Assembly (NCBI GenBank): GCA_016748015.1 | Contig: JAAOMT010000439.1 | Span: 900,719-964,718, forward strand | From: Geosiphon pyriformis uo1 | Lineage: Eukaryota; Fungi; Glomeromycota | Direction of reading: 5' to 3' | DNA length: 64,000 bases | Shown here: piece by piece, positions 36,622-48,775 of the stretch | Numbering within the stretch: the first letter of the stretch is position 1 | Layout of the letters: each line of letters opens with the position of its first letter | Program-made: the position numbers and the translations under genes | Notes under the pieces: generated by a model | Seen by the model: only the letters and a program-made list of their open reading frames with translations | Databases searched by the model: none | Told to the model about the DNA's origin: nothing

Positions 36622-39600
36622 ATGTACACACTATTTTTGCTTACCAAAATTGACCAGTGAGTAAGAGCAAAAGCAGCAGCATCCAATTCTTTAAAATAAA
36701 CAACCACATATTGCCAAACACCAGCAGGCTTTAGCAAAACACAAGAAACTTCACCAAAAACTCCATGAGCTGACTTAATATCAGCAGTAGACACACCCAA
36801 AGGCACATCACATAGTGCAACAACAGCAGGAGAAGAACCAGACTCAAAAACCACCAAAAACTTGGCAATCTTAAAAGTAACAAGACAAACAGAGTTTGTA
36901 AGCTCAACCAGAAATACAGCATTCAGAGAACTTTGGAAGGCAAACTCAATACAGAAGAGTTTTATATTGTCTTTAGAAATAGATTTTGCACTCAAAAAAC
37001 CATGTATAGACTGAAAAGCAGCTTTAACATAAGCTAATTTGATTTTGAAAGTAGCATCAGGCATCAGAGTAGAGACCATTCATCCAACAAATCTTTAACA
37101 ACTAGTAATAGTTTCCCAAATACCACCAGCGGCAACACCAGAAACCAGAGAAGATAATAATTCAGTTTCCATTTGATCAGCCCAGTTCTCAAGAACAGGT
37201 GATCCAACAGGAGGAGATTGCTTTGCTTCTAAAACCAGTGATGATCTGCTGGAAAACACCACATTTGGCAATACAACCAGTAGTTGATCTTGGCCCATCT
37301 TAGATAATATGCTAGATGATGCTACAAAGATCTCATCTAAGATCTCATTGGGAACCACAAAGAGATTTAGTGTAATAATAGCAGAGACAAGTAATTGTCC
37401 CCATTTTTTTGAACTTTTGGTCTTTTTGACTGTTTTTTTGAAGAGGAGGTGCTAGCAACACCAGATGTAAAAACCATAAAAGAGAAGACCAGCTTGTTAA
37501 CTGATCTATTATTAAACACTTTTGAGCTCTTAGTAGAGAAGAAAACAACACTGAAACTAACCCAAGTATGTTTCTTTGAGAGAACTTTGACTGGTAAGAA
37601 ACCAGCCAAAAATAAGGAAGTTGTTTCAGTGACTACTAAAGGCAGCTTATCATGATTACTGAATAAAAAAAAGACTTCTAAAACGTTTTGCCTAGTTGCT
37701 TCTACAACAGAGAGAGCTCTTCTGGTTGAAATTTTATTAGATATCTCAGAACAGATATCAGGTGCAGCTTTTTTACTCTTTGCTCTAATTGTGATCATGA
37801 AATTAAAGAAACAAAGAGTTTTATTACTATTAATATTAATTGTTTCTTTAGAATAAAACAAAATTAAAATTCTTAAAAATTAATTAACTTAATAATAAAA
37901 ATTAGCAAAACAATAATAAAAAATAAATATTAAAATTACAACAATTTTAAAAAATATTTAAAGATACTTATAATGCCAAAAATATGGTTTTTAAATAAAA
38001 AACATTGATTACAATATTAAACAAAACAATATTTTTTATATAATAATAATATTTATTATTAAAATTACAAAAATTCAGACAACTTATTTAAATAAATTTA
38101 AAAATACAAAAAAAACAATTTTATTTTTATTCTATTACTTATAAATAAATAGACTTGTAAAATATTTTAACAGAATACTTTGTAAATTATTAATCAAAGT
38201 TTTAATTGATTTAAGCAAAAAAAAATATTTTTATTCTATTAATGTTATTAATATATAAAACACTAAAACAGAATATAATAAAACACACATTTATTTAATT
38301 GATTTATAAAAAAACAGCAATATTAATTAATTTTATAATAAAAATCTATTTAGTTTAACCAATTATAAAAAAAAACTTCCAAAAAACATTTCAATAAAGA
38401 GCTTATACATTTTTTAGTATATTAAAAAAAAATAATGAATTGTAACTACTTAAATAAAATATTATTAAGTTTAATAAAAAAAATAACATAATAATAAATT
38501 ATTATTTACTATTAATAAATTTAAGTTTAGAAATAAAATTTTCTTATATAAAATTAAGACTAAAAAACAATAGAATAGAAAATTTAATTACAAATAAGAT
38601 AAATTTTATATATACAAAATTTTAAAAAATATATTATATAAATTAAGACTTAATAATAAAAATTTAAAAAAAGTTATACATAATAAGAAATTAAAATACT
38701 AATATTTTAGAACCAATTCTGAATTTTTAATTTTACAAATTAATACACAATTTTTTTTGATTAACTAAAAAAATATTTTTTGAAACTTAAAACCAATAGT
38801 TATTATTAAACAACTTTTAAATTTAAATATTTAATATTTAAAATTATTTATATTTATTTTTTATATTTAATAGAAACAATTTTACAAATATAAATTTAAA
38901 AAAACATAAAAAACATTACACAAAAATAATACAAAAATTTATATGCCAAAAATAATTTTTTTTAAAATTTTAGTTAATTTTTATAATAATTATTTTCTAA
39001 AACATTTAATAATTATCTCAAAAATTAATGTTAACTCTAAAAATACTTCTTATAGTATCTATAATTATTATTAGAAAACATATTAATTATACTTAAACAG
39101 AATCTCTTACAACTTTTGTAATAAATATATAAAATTATTACTTTTATAAAAAAAACACAAAAATTACTTTGAAATTTATTTATTAGAACTTTTAAAGCAA
39201 GCTTTAAGAAAAAATTTATTGTTTGTTCTTATTAATATTTTACCAAATATTACAGTTTAACAAAAACTTCAACACTATTTTAATAAATAAAACAATGAAT
39301 ACTCTTTAATTTATAGATATTTCTATATTAAAAAAACATTTTATAAAAGAAAATTAGAACTTAAAACAATAAACTTTACACTAAAAACTATTTAAAAATA
39401 AATACACAATAAATTTAAGACAATAACTAAACTAATAAATATTTATTACAAAATTAAAGTAACTTTTAAATTCTATAATCTATTTTATACTTGTAAAAAT
39501 ATTTTATAAAAACCAATTTTACAATTTTTAAAGATTTAATATATTAAAAAGCTTACAAAACTAAAATTTTAACAATTTTTAGACTAAATTTTTTTAATAA

Positions 39601-40734
39601 TTTTGGATTATTATCTGAAAATTACAGTCAATATTTGGATTTTAATAAAACTTAATCTTAAAAAAAAAGTTATGTTATCAGTAAAAATTTAAGTTATTAA
39701 TTAACATAAAATTATTTTTATAATTTTTATTATTAATTAATATATATTATTATTTCAAATAATTAATTATTATATTATTAAACTATTCAAATTATTATTT
39801 AATTAATAATTTGATTTGTACAAAACACAAATATAATTAAGTTGTAATAATTAAATTATACAATATTTTAAATTATATAATATTTAAAATTTACAAAATA
39901 CTTAATAATTTACTAAAATAATTAATAGTTTGTAAAAATAACTTGTAATTTAACAAAATATATCTTTAGTTTATCAAAATATTAAAAAAAATGTTAAATT
40001 ATAGAATAATACTATAACAAATTATATAAAAAAAAAGCTTTTTTTTTAAGAAAATATATTTTAATTAGAAATATTTTTATTAAAAGCAATAATTAGTTAC
40101 TATATATTATTTTAGTAAAAATTATTTTAAAAAAATCCAAAAATTTTTAACTATTATTATTTCGAAATTATTTATTTAAAACTAATATTTTGAAATAATT
40201 AATTACCAATTTCAATTACTATTAATACTTTTAAATTTGAATCTAAAATAATTTTTTTAAACATATTTTTTATTTTTTATTTTTTTTTATATTATTAAGT
40301 AATTTACAGTTAAGATTTTTTGTAAAAAAGTTAATTTTTATAACAAAATAATTACATATTATTTGAAAAACTTATAGATAAAATTTTTTTGTAAAAGAAT
40401 TGATTTTTATTACAAAGTAACTATACAAAATTTTTTTTATTTTTTATTTTATTTTAATAAGTGAGGTCCAAACACTACCTATACAAAATAATTAGTATAA
40501 AACTGGTTATTCTATTATAAATTTAATAATATATATAATCTAAAGTATAAAAAGATACTTTAAAAAATAAACTAATTTATTAGAAGTTTATTAGTTTTTA
40601 TTAACAACAAAATTAAGAGCAAAATAACATTAATAACATAAAAATAAATAAATCTTTAATAATAATATTTATATAAATATATAATATAATTTTAATTATC
40701 TTAAATAACTTATTACATATAAAATATATAAATT

Positions 40735-43700
40735 ATATTTTTTATTAAAGGATTTAACGAGCAAAGCCCAATCACTATTTAGTACATAGAGCCAAACTAA
40801 GAGGCTCAAACTAAATATGATTCATGCACTTACTACATATGGCTAGCCACTCAGGCCAGTCAAGGCAACACTATACATCTATAATAATCTGTACACTACT
40901 TTTCAGACCAGAAAAAAAACTACATGGCTTTTGACAACCAAAGCTAACAGCAAAAAACTCAGCCACATCAAGCAACCTAACAACATCATCAGAAACAAAG
41001 AAGACACATCATAAGAAAGCCCAGAAACAACACCACTATCCCGAACCAAACCAGCCTTCTCTATTACCACCTGATGGCTAGATCTCACCAACCACATCCT
41101 AGCATGATACAACTCAACAATAAATCTTACAAGATTAACAATTTGAGCAATAACTAATTTTTGGTCATCAACAACACAACAAGCTTCCCTAAGCCACTTA
41201 TTCAGCACAAACCCTTTGTATACCAAAGCATACAACCCAACATCAATGAAACATTGAGATAGTATTTGTAATACAGCAGACAAAGAACAATTAAAAACAC
41301 CAGCCACAGCAGACCAACAAACAGAAGTTTCAGCCAAGATCTCATTGTGAATATTAGACTCACAAACACAAGTAAAAGCATGATCAAAGAACTCTACACC
41401 ACCACACAACAGATACAGCACACCAGAGTAATATCTATTATACAGCCTCTTCCTAACTGTTACCAGTAATCTCCTGTGCACAGCTTTCATCATATAAGAA
41501 CAGAGTGTCAAAAACTTGCAACTAGTGAAACCAGTGAACATATAAGAATCAGAATGCCACACTCTTGCAGTAGCAATCCAGTCTACACAACCAACCATCA
41601 CATCTGGAACCACATTGCAGCCAGGGCCAGCTTCTTAACAAGTACAACAAACAGACCAAAAAATATTTCAGACAAAATAATGAACATTACCAAAAACAGC
41701 AGTACTCTTAGCAACCAAAAAGTGTTTATGCATATTGGCCAATAGTAAGAAGGGAGACCCAGAGACAGTCCCAGCAGCCAAGTCAGCTCTCACATTACCA
41801 GGAATCCCAGAATAGCTCTTTACCTTAGCCCAACTTACATTAAGATCCTTATCCCTGACCAAATTAAAAATATGACATCTTTCAAGCCAGCATTGATTAT
41901 AGAAATCAGGGGTGACAAGAGACATCTTAGATACACATGTGTCAATAGCAGTCTGACTGTCAAGATACAACACTACAGTACTAGAAGAAGGGACACACTC
42001 CAAAGACAAAGCAACAGCCTGTAATTTGGCCATAATAGAAAACAAAAGGCCCCAAACCACAACACCAATGCTCAGATCCAAGCCCAGAAAGTATGCAGCA
42101 GCACCACCCACAACCTTAGCAGAGCCAGCATTCTTCAAAGACCCATCTGTATAAACCTCAAAAAAGTCTAACCAAACATTATGCAATCCATCTTTTATAG
42201 TAGAAAACTTACTAAACCCTAATACATCCAATCTATGTAGTTCAAAAGAACCAGGAGTGCCAGATGATGAGAACCCCTTACCCAGAAAAAACTTAGATGC
42301 AACCATAAACCAATGAGGTACAGAACCACACAGATCCAATCTCTTCCAATAGCAAAAAGTCTTCCAATCCAACAAGCCATCTTTCTTATCAAAAAGCCAA
42401 TTACCAAAGGCAACACCAAAACATTTGAGAGATTTAACCAAATCAAAATACAGAGACTTTCTAAGAATAGAAAACAAAAAAAAATGGCCAGAACTATGAA
42501 AAACAGTGGGGAGATTGTTTGTCAAAGACAGCTTATTGTCCAAAAAGATCTTAACCAATCCAGCCAGAAAATTGTTCACTGGACTAACACATAACCTGAC
42601 AGAAAACTGTAAAGAGTCCAGAGAAGCCCAACCCAGAACTTGCAAATCTAAAAATCTATGACTAAACAAATGCTTAAGAATACTAGGGGCATTAGAGAAC
42701 ATTATCAGAGCAGCCACCTTTCTTTCAGACTGCACCTGCTCAAAGGGTTTTAGGCCATACAATGAGAGATGATGCAAAGCAACATCAGGAAAGTTATGGA
42801 GAAGACAAGCTTTAGATCTAAGGCCCTTCCTAACCAATACATCTCACTTGCGACAAACACTAGAAGAGACAAAGCTAAACTGAATATAATAGCTAACAAT
42901 AGGCTGCAAGACAGCCAAAACCAAATACAAGAACTGCTTATTTGTAATAGCTTTTCTAAGCATGACATTAACAAAAAAACGAATATCAGCATGAGCTTTG
43001 ATGACATTTGGTTTGGACAACCCCTCAGTAGACAAAAAGATACTCAAATAGTGATGCACCTCATTCTTCTTAGCAATTGAAATAGGCTGTTCACAAATAC
43101 TCAATGAAGTAACTTTAATACCCTGATTAATGGGAATAGCCACAGTCTTTTCACTGTTGATAGAAATATTATTGACCTCAAAAAACTCACTAGTAATGTT
43201 CAAAGCATACTGAATGGAGGCTTGACAATTCCCAATTCAGATTGTATTATTAACAAATGCACTAGCTGAAAAATACGAGGTCAGACTTCCACTACTCTTA
43301 ATCTGTCCAGTCTTCAAAACAAACCTAGTATTAATTTGATACCCACACAATTGTTTATGCCTCTTGACTTCACACAAAAAAGGGTCATAAAAGATCCTTC
43401 ACAGAAGAGGTGAAAAAATCTCACCCTGATCTAGTCCATCATGTACTCTATAACCACCAGACAAACCAAAATCAGTTATCATCCTGTTAACTCTGTCCTT
43501 GTGAATACCGCCAAAAAACCTAATGAATCTATCACACATCTTGATACACTGCAAGCTAGCCCTTAAATGATGCCATCCCACTGAATTATAGACTTTCCGC
43601 ATGTTCTATAAAACCAATCACACTTTCTTATTCTTTTCAAGAGCATTTTTGACCACTGACCCAACAGCAAACACCAGAGATTGTGTGGATGTACCCTTCA

Positions 43701-46700
43701 ACACTGAAAAATTGTCATCTTGAAGCACATTAAACTTGCTACAAGCCACCAAAATATGATCAGACAGAATCTTAGAAAGGATCTTCCTGGCAGTTTCAAT
43801 TAAAACAATAAGCTGAGTGTTTGTAAGAACCCCATTCTAGTTATAAGGCTTAGGAATTATCAAAACTCACACCTCTTTCTACAAAGCAGGCACCAAACCA
43901 ACAGTCAAACACACATTTAACAGCTTTAACAGACATCTCAGAGCCACCTCATCACTATGTTTCTACAGCTCATTTGAAATATCAGACAAACCAGCAGCCT
44001 TGCTATTAGGCAGACTAAAAACAACTGGAAGCAACTTGTTTATATTAACTGCACACATAACACTAGAAAAAGCATCATTCCAAACATATTCCAAAGATAC
44101 ATACTAATGGGCCCAAAGGTTAGAGAGCACTGAAAGCACTGAGTGCTTTCTTGTCCATCTCTCCATGATCTTCTCTACACTTAACTTCATTTTCTTAGGT
44201 TCTAAAATCAGCTTATTGTCAATTACTAAGTGATTGAACACCATCTTGTGAAAGGGTCTGTCCAACACATTTCTAATCATACTAATTTTATCTGAACAGA
44301 AATTTTTCATGTGTCTCTCAATTGCCTTTCTGATAGAAGCTTCTTCAGCCAATCTTGACTCAAACATTTTTGACCTCCTGTAATCTCTGCAGACCAATGA
44401 CAAATGTTTAACAATAACTTCAGACTTTACACTTAAACAGAATAAGATATCAAAAACATGAGCCTTGGCATCATCCAAAGTTGACCACCTATTCACTAGA
44501 TGGTTGACCTCAGACAGATCATCAGAGCAAAACACTTTGACAATCTTGGTCACCAACAATTCTAAACCAAAAAACTTAGAAGAATGTTTTTTTTTCAAAT
44601 ACCTAAATTTGTTAAACCAATGTCTCGAAAATGTTACATCAGCAAACACCACCACAGCTTTCTCCAAAACTGCTCACATAGCATCTACATCTCCACGTAA
44701 TTCAGCACCAGAGAACAACTTATCCAATAACATGAACTTGACCAACAAGAGATTCTTGAACTTGGCCCATTGAGCACAACCAGCATTCTTGATTTTAAAC
44801 TTCCAACAATTTCTATTTGTCTGCTTGTGCAGACTATTCAAACAAACATCCAGGAGCCCACCCAAGCCGACTGACACCACCACTGCCCTGTGGTCAGTGT
44901 TAAAGAAATCTGAGACTGAGGCAACCTTATGATCAGCAACAGCAGACAATAAGTTCTTACTAACAAAAATATAATCAATCATTTTTTCAACTCCTTTTAA
45001 GTTGCTCCACATAGAAAATCCAGCCAAATGAGAACCAACAAATGAATTAACCAAACCCAAATCCAAACAAATTTGAAACTTGCACTTTTACCAAATCCAT
45101 TTTCATTAAAGTCCCCACCTAAAACAACAAAAGTGCTAAAGTTAACAGCCCTCGCAATGAGAGAATTAACCTCAGAAGCCTAATCATATTTGACTCTAAA
45201 AGAGGCATCTGCATACAACCCCAAAAAAGTGATTGAAAGCTTGCCCTTAAATAAGAGCCAAACAAAAATAACCTGACTAGAAACCTTTTCCACCTTAAAA
45301 ACATGACAAGCCAAGGAACTGTTCATGATAATGGCCAAGAAACCCCTTATCCAGACCTGACGTAAAAATATGGACACCATCAAACCTATCAGCAATCCAA
45401 GGTTTAATACTAGAGTGCAACTTGGTTTTTGTAACAAAAGACATCATATTGCCTGATTCTTTATGCCAATGGACAACATTCTCTTGTTTAGCAGGAACAG
45501 TCAGACCACAAACATTACACATAGCAAATTTCCAAACCAGACTGCTCATTGAGAAAATTGAGGAAGCAAAGAACCAGCACCAACACACAAACAATTCAAT
45601 CTTGCCAAAACTGTACCAACAAAAGCATCCAAAGCTGACAATTTAGATTTCAAACCACCCATCTTGATAGTTAAAACCTTAGAAATGCTAAAACCAAAAC
45701 CAGCATCTGACACATCAACATTTGAAGGGAGAGAGTCGGAAGATGCCAACATGCTATCCACAAGCATATCCGAGTTTGAGACTGACATCTTAGGCACAGA
45801 GGCAGCTGGCAGAGAAACACAAAAGAAAAATGCCAGTGGCACCAATTCAACACCATTCAATCTTTTTAATATATCCAACACTTGATCCGCCAAAAGCTCC
45901 AAAGAGCATTCCAGAGCTGCCAAACAATCATTCAAACCAGAAACATCAAAAGAAGAAGACACCAATGATGATGATTTTCTATCAGAAGACACACCAGCAC
46001 CAAAAGAGACTGAAGAAACCACACGGAAAAGAGACCCACCAGCAACTTAAGCCCAAGTCTTGCCACCAAAAAAAACTGGATAAGCAATAGAAGCCTGCTT
46101 CTTTTTATATATGTTGGCCAATCGTATTTGATTCTGAGAATTTACCACCCACTTATCATGAGCATCAGAATTCTCACCCAATGAACACTTCATAGAGATA
46201 TGATCCAATTGTTTACACTTGGCATAACAAGCCAGAGAAAGACCAGCCCAACGCAAATTCACATCCTTATAAACTAAAACAGAACTAATAGCAGCCAATT
46301 TGGATGCCTTATTACCAAAACACACAATCACACATCTATCATGCACATATGAACTGAGATTACAGCCAATAAAACAAGTCTTCCCACCATATGATTCTAA
46401 CAAATCCGAAAGATCATGAGCTATTGTACCAACTGGAAAAGTATAAAGCAATGCCCGATGTAGATCTCTGAAAATCCACAATTGTTTATCCTCAACAGCT
46501 TTTGCCACACAAACAGAATTCTTTCTTATGAAAACAGACCATTTAGCTGCAACCAAATCAGCTATTTCAGATGACTCAAATTCCACTAAAGCTTTTTGCC
46601 ACAGGCCAATCAATTGCATTTTAATTGATACAACCCTGCCAAACTTGAAAAAAACAGATTCTACAGCTAATTTAGGAAGATCAACTAGAATCTTCTTAAC

Positions 46701-47632
46701 AACAATTACCCGATCCGAAAGTTTGTTTACTTGTCTGACATCATTATTTGTCACAATTTTTTCATAAATTGTCAATTCTCTAGCCCTTTTTAAACTCAAC
46801 TCTGATGTAAATGAAGATCTGATGATCCCAGGAAATTTTGAGGAAGTCGATGCCCTCTAAAACCATCTATTCAATAAAAATTTTTTTTCACACAGATCAA
46901 CTTATTATCAACAGTCTTACCAAGCATAGCTGAAAGCTCAATATCAAGAGTGAAAGATTTGGTCAAATTGAAGCTCCGTTTTTCCAAAACACGTAACTCA
47001 GCCAATGGGAGACACTTGGAACCACTAAAATTAGATAATAGAAGCAATATAGCATCGTCGTCGTTAACATTGCTCATATGGCTAAACACCAGACCTTTAG
47101 AAGGTTGGCCAAGCATGTACATTCGGGTGTGAGTTTTTTGTGACATTGTGTCATCCATGTTCTCATTGACTACCAAATTGTCAAACTCTGTGTAACTCGT
47201 TTCCTTGGCAATCATATTCCTTATGTTCTCTATATTAGACAGAACACTAATACTACTAGCTTCACTATCCACCTCACTGCCTCAAAACACAGCAGGTTTT
47301 CCACTAGTGCTCACCACATCCTCAAGACTCAAAGGGCCAGCAGACAAATTGATAACACTCGCTTCAGTGACATACTTCTTCAGTTTCTTTTACAAAGCAC
47401 TGCGAAAATACACATTATTCAAATGGTTTTTTTTAGCATTCATGTGGGTCTCCAGACCAGCCGAAATCAAGCCAGAGCCATCAGCAGATAAGCCAACTGG
47501 TTCTATTATGACAAAAAGAGGTCCAGTAAAAAAAATGACTTGAATAAACTAAGGGAAAAGGAAGAAAGAAAAGTGATTTCTCCAAAAAAATCTTTTGCTT
47601 TCATTGTGGTCAGGGGATCGACAAGAGAACGA
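40735..47632 (-). mobile_element. Near full-length LINE: ORF1 (about 47510-45546) and ORF2 APE-RT-RNase H (about 45550-40870); disrupted
   Basis: WKFAMCNVCG, GGDFN, IDYIFVS and TDHRAV (APE endonuclease); RKVYNSV and GLDQGEIFSPLL (RT); VYTDGSL and GNVRAD (RNase H); ORF1 knuckle CAKCKQLDH-type; 3' UTR and T-run at about 40737. Confidence 0.93.
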
Positions 47633-48775
47633 TTTTAATTATTAATAGCTTTGAATTAATTATATTTAGTTGTAAATATATAATTTATTTATATTTATTA
47701 GATAATAATTAAACTTTACTTGTTAAATTTTATAAATAAATAAAAAATCAATTATTTTAAATAAAATTAACCAAAATTAAGATTTAAAAATAATTTAAAA
47801 AATAATATTATGTATAAATTATAATTAAAACAGTTTTAAATATAATTATAGAATTAAAAAAAAACTAAATTTATAAATAATTAAATTAATACTAATTTAT
47901 AACAATAATTTTATTTATTGTTAATTTTGTATAATTTTTGTATAATTATATTTATTATTATTATTATTATTATTTATTATATTAAATTAATATTACCAAA
48001 AAAATAACTTTATATTATTCATAAAAATAATTTAAAATATAACAAAATATTTAAAATATAATAATTAAAACAGTTTTAATATCAACATAATTATAAAAAA
48101 ATTTATATAATAAAAATAAGAATAGATATTTTTATAATAAACAGAATTATAAAAAATTTAACTATAAAAAAGCTAAATTTATGAATTATATAATAAAATA
48201 AAACTAGATAGTTAACTTAATATTGTTTTATAATATTAATAATTTTACTTATTAATTATTTTGTTATTATATTTATTTACTTTAAAAAGTTATTATTCTA
48301 AATATTGTTTTTAAAAAACCACATTTTGTGGCTTGGCGATTGGTGACGTAAGCTGAAAATTTTTTCTTCCTACAAAACAATCTGCTTTTATTGTGCCACC
48401 CCTGAAAACTTCAATCTATTTTTGCTTTTGATATTTCAATGCGGCTAGAGGATCGGGCAACTCGCCGATTCAACCACCTAAGCGATCTGGCAACTTGTTG
48501 GGCTAGTTATGGGGAACTCCTCCGGTGGGCTCCTTCCTAAGTCAGCGTGAAGGCCAGAGGCAACTTGTCTCAGTGCCAAGAGCAAGCCCAGTTCATTCCC
48601 AGTCCTTGATCCGCTCGGCGTCTCCTATTATTGACCATTTATTTTACAGGGCCAAGCACAGTAGGAACAAGTTCAGTTATTTTGGACCTCAATTTCCACG
48701 TTTCCCTGGTTATGAAGGTAACTTTTCTTGAATGACAATTGTATTCTCTACTGGTCGACTTTACACAGTTCTTTT

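Larger units (their letters stand above)
33839..37827 (-). mobile_element. ORF1-only non-autonomous LINE-like element (HAL1-like)
   Basis: One disrupted coding region from ATG 37798 to TAG 33975, with RRM-like segments (DVPLGVSTADIKSAHGVFGEV) and knuckle CFKC*KVGHLVVNC. Followed directly by a LINE-type 3' UTR and A-tail. Flanked by tattaat (33832-33838 and 37828-37834). Confidence 0.8.
33256..40640 (+). mobile_element. Very old, AT-saturated copy of Gypsy family A (RT/RH, INT, ORF3, LTR about 39673-40640), split by the element at 33839-37827
   Basis: 33350-33838 is colinear with 50-548; 37835-39670 with 549-2870 (e.g. ttattagaacttttaaagcaagctttaa at both about 2378 and about 39180); LTR start tgttatcagta at 39673. 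Confidence 0.8.
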
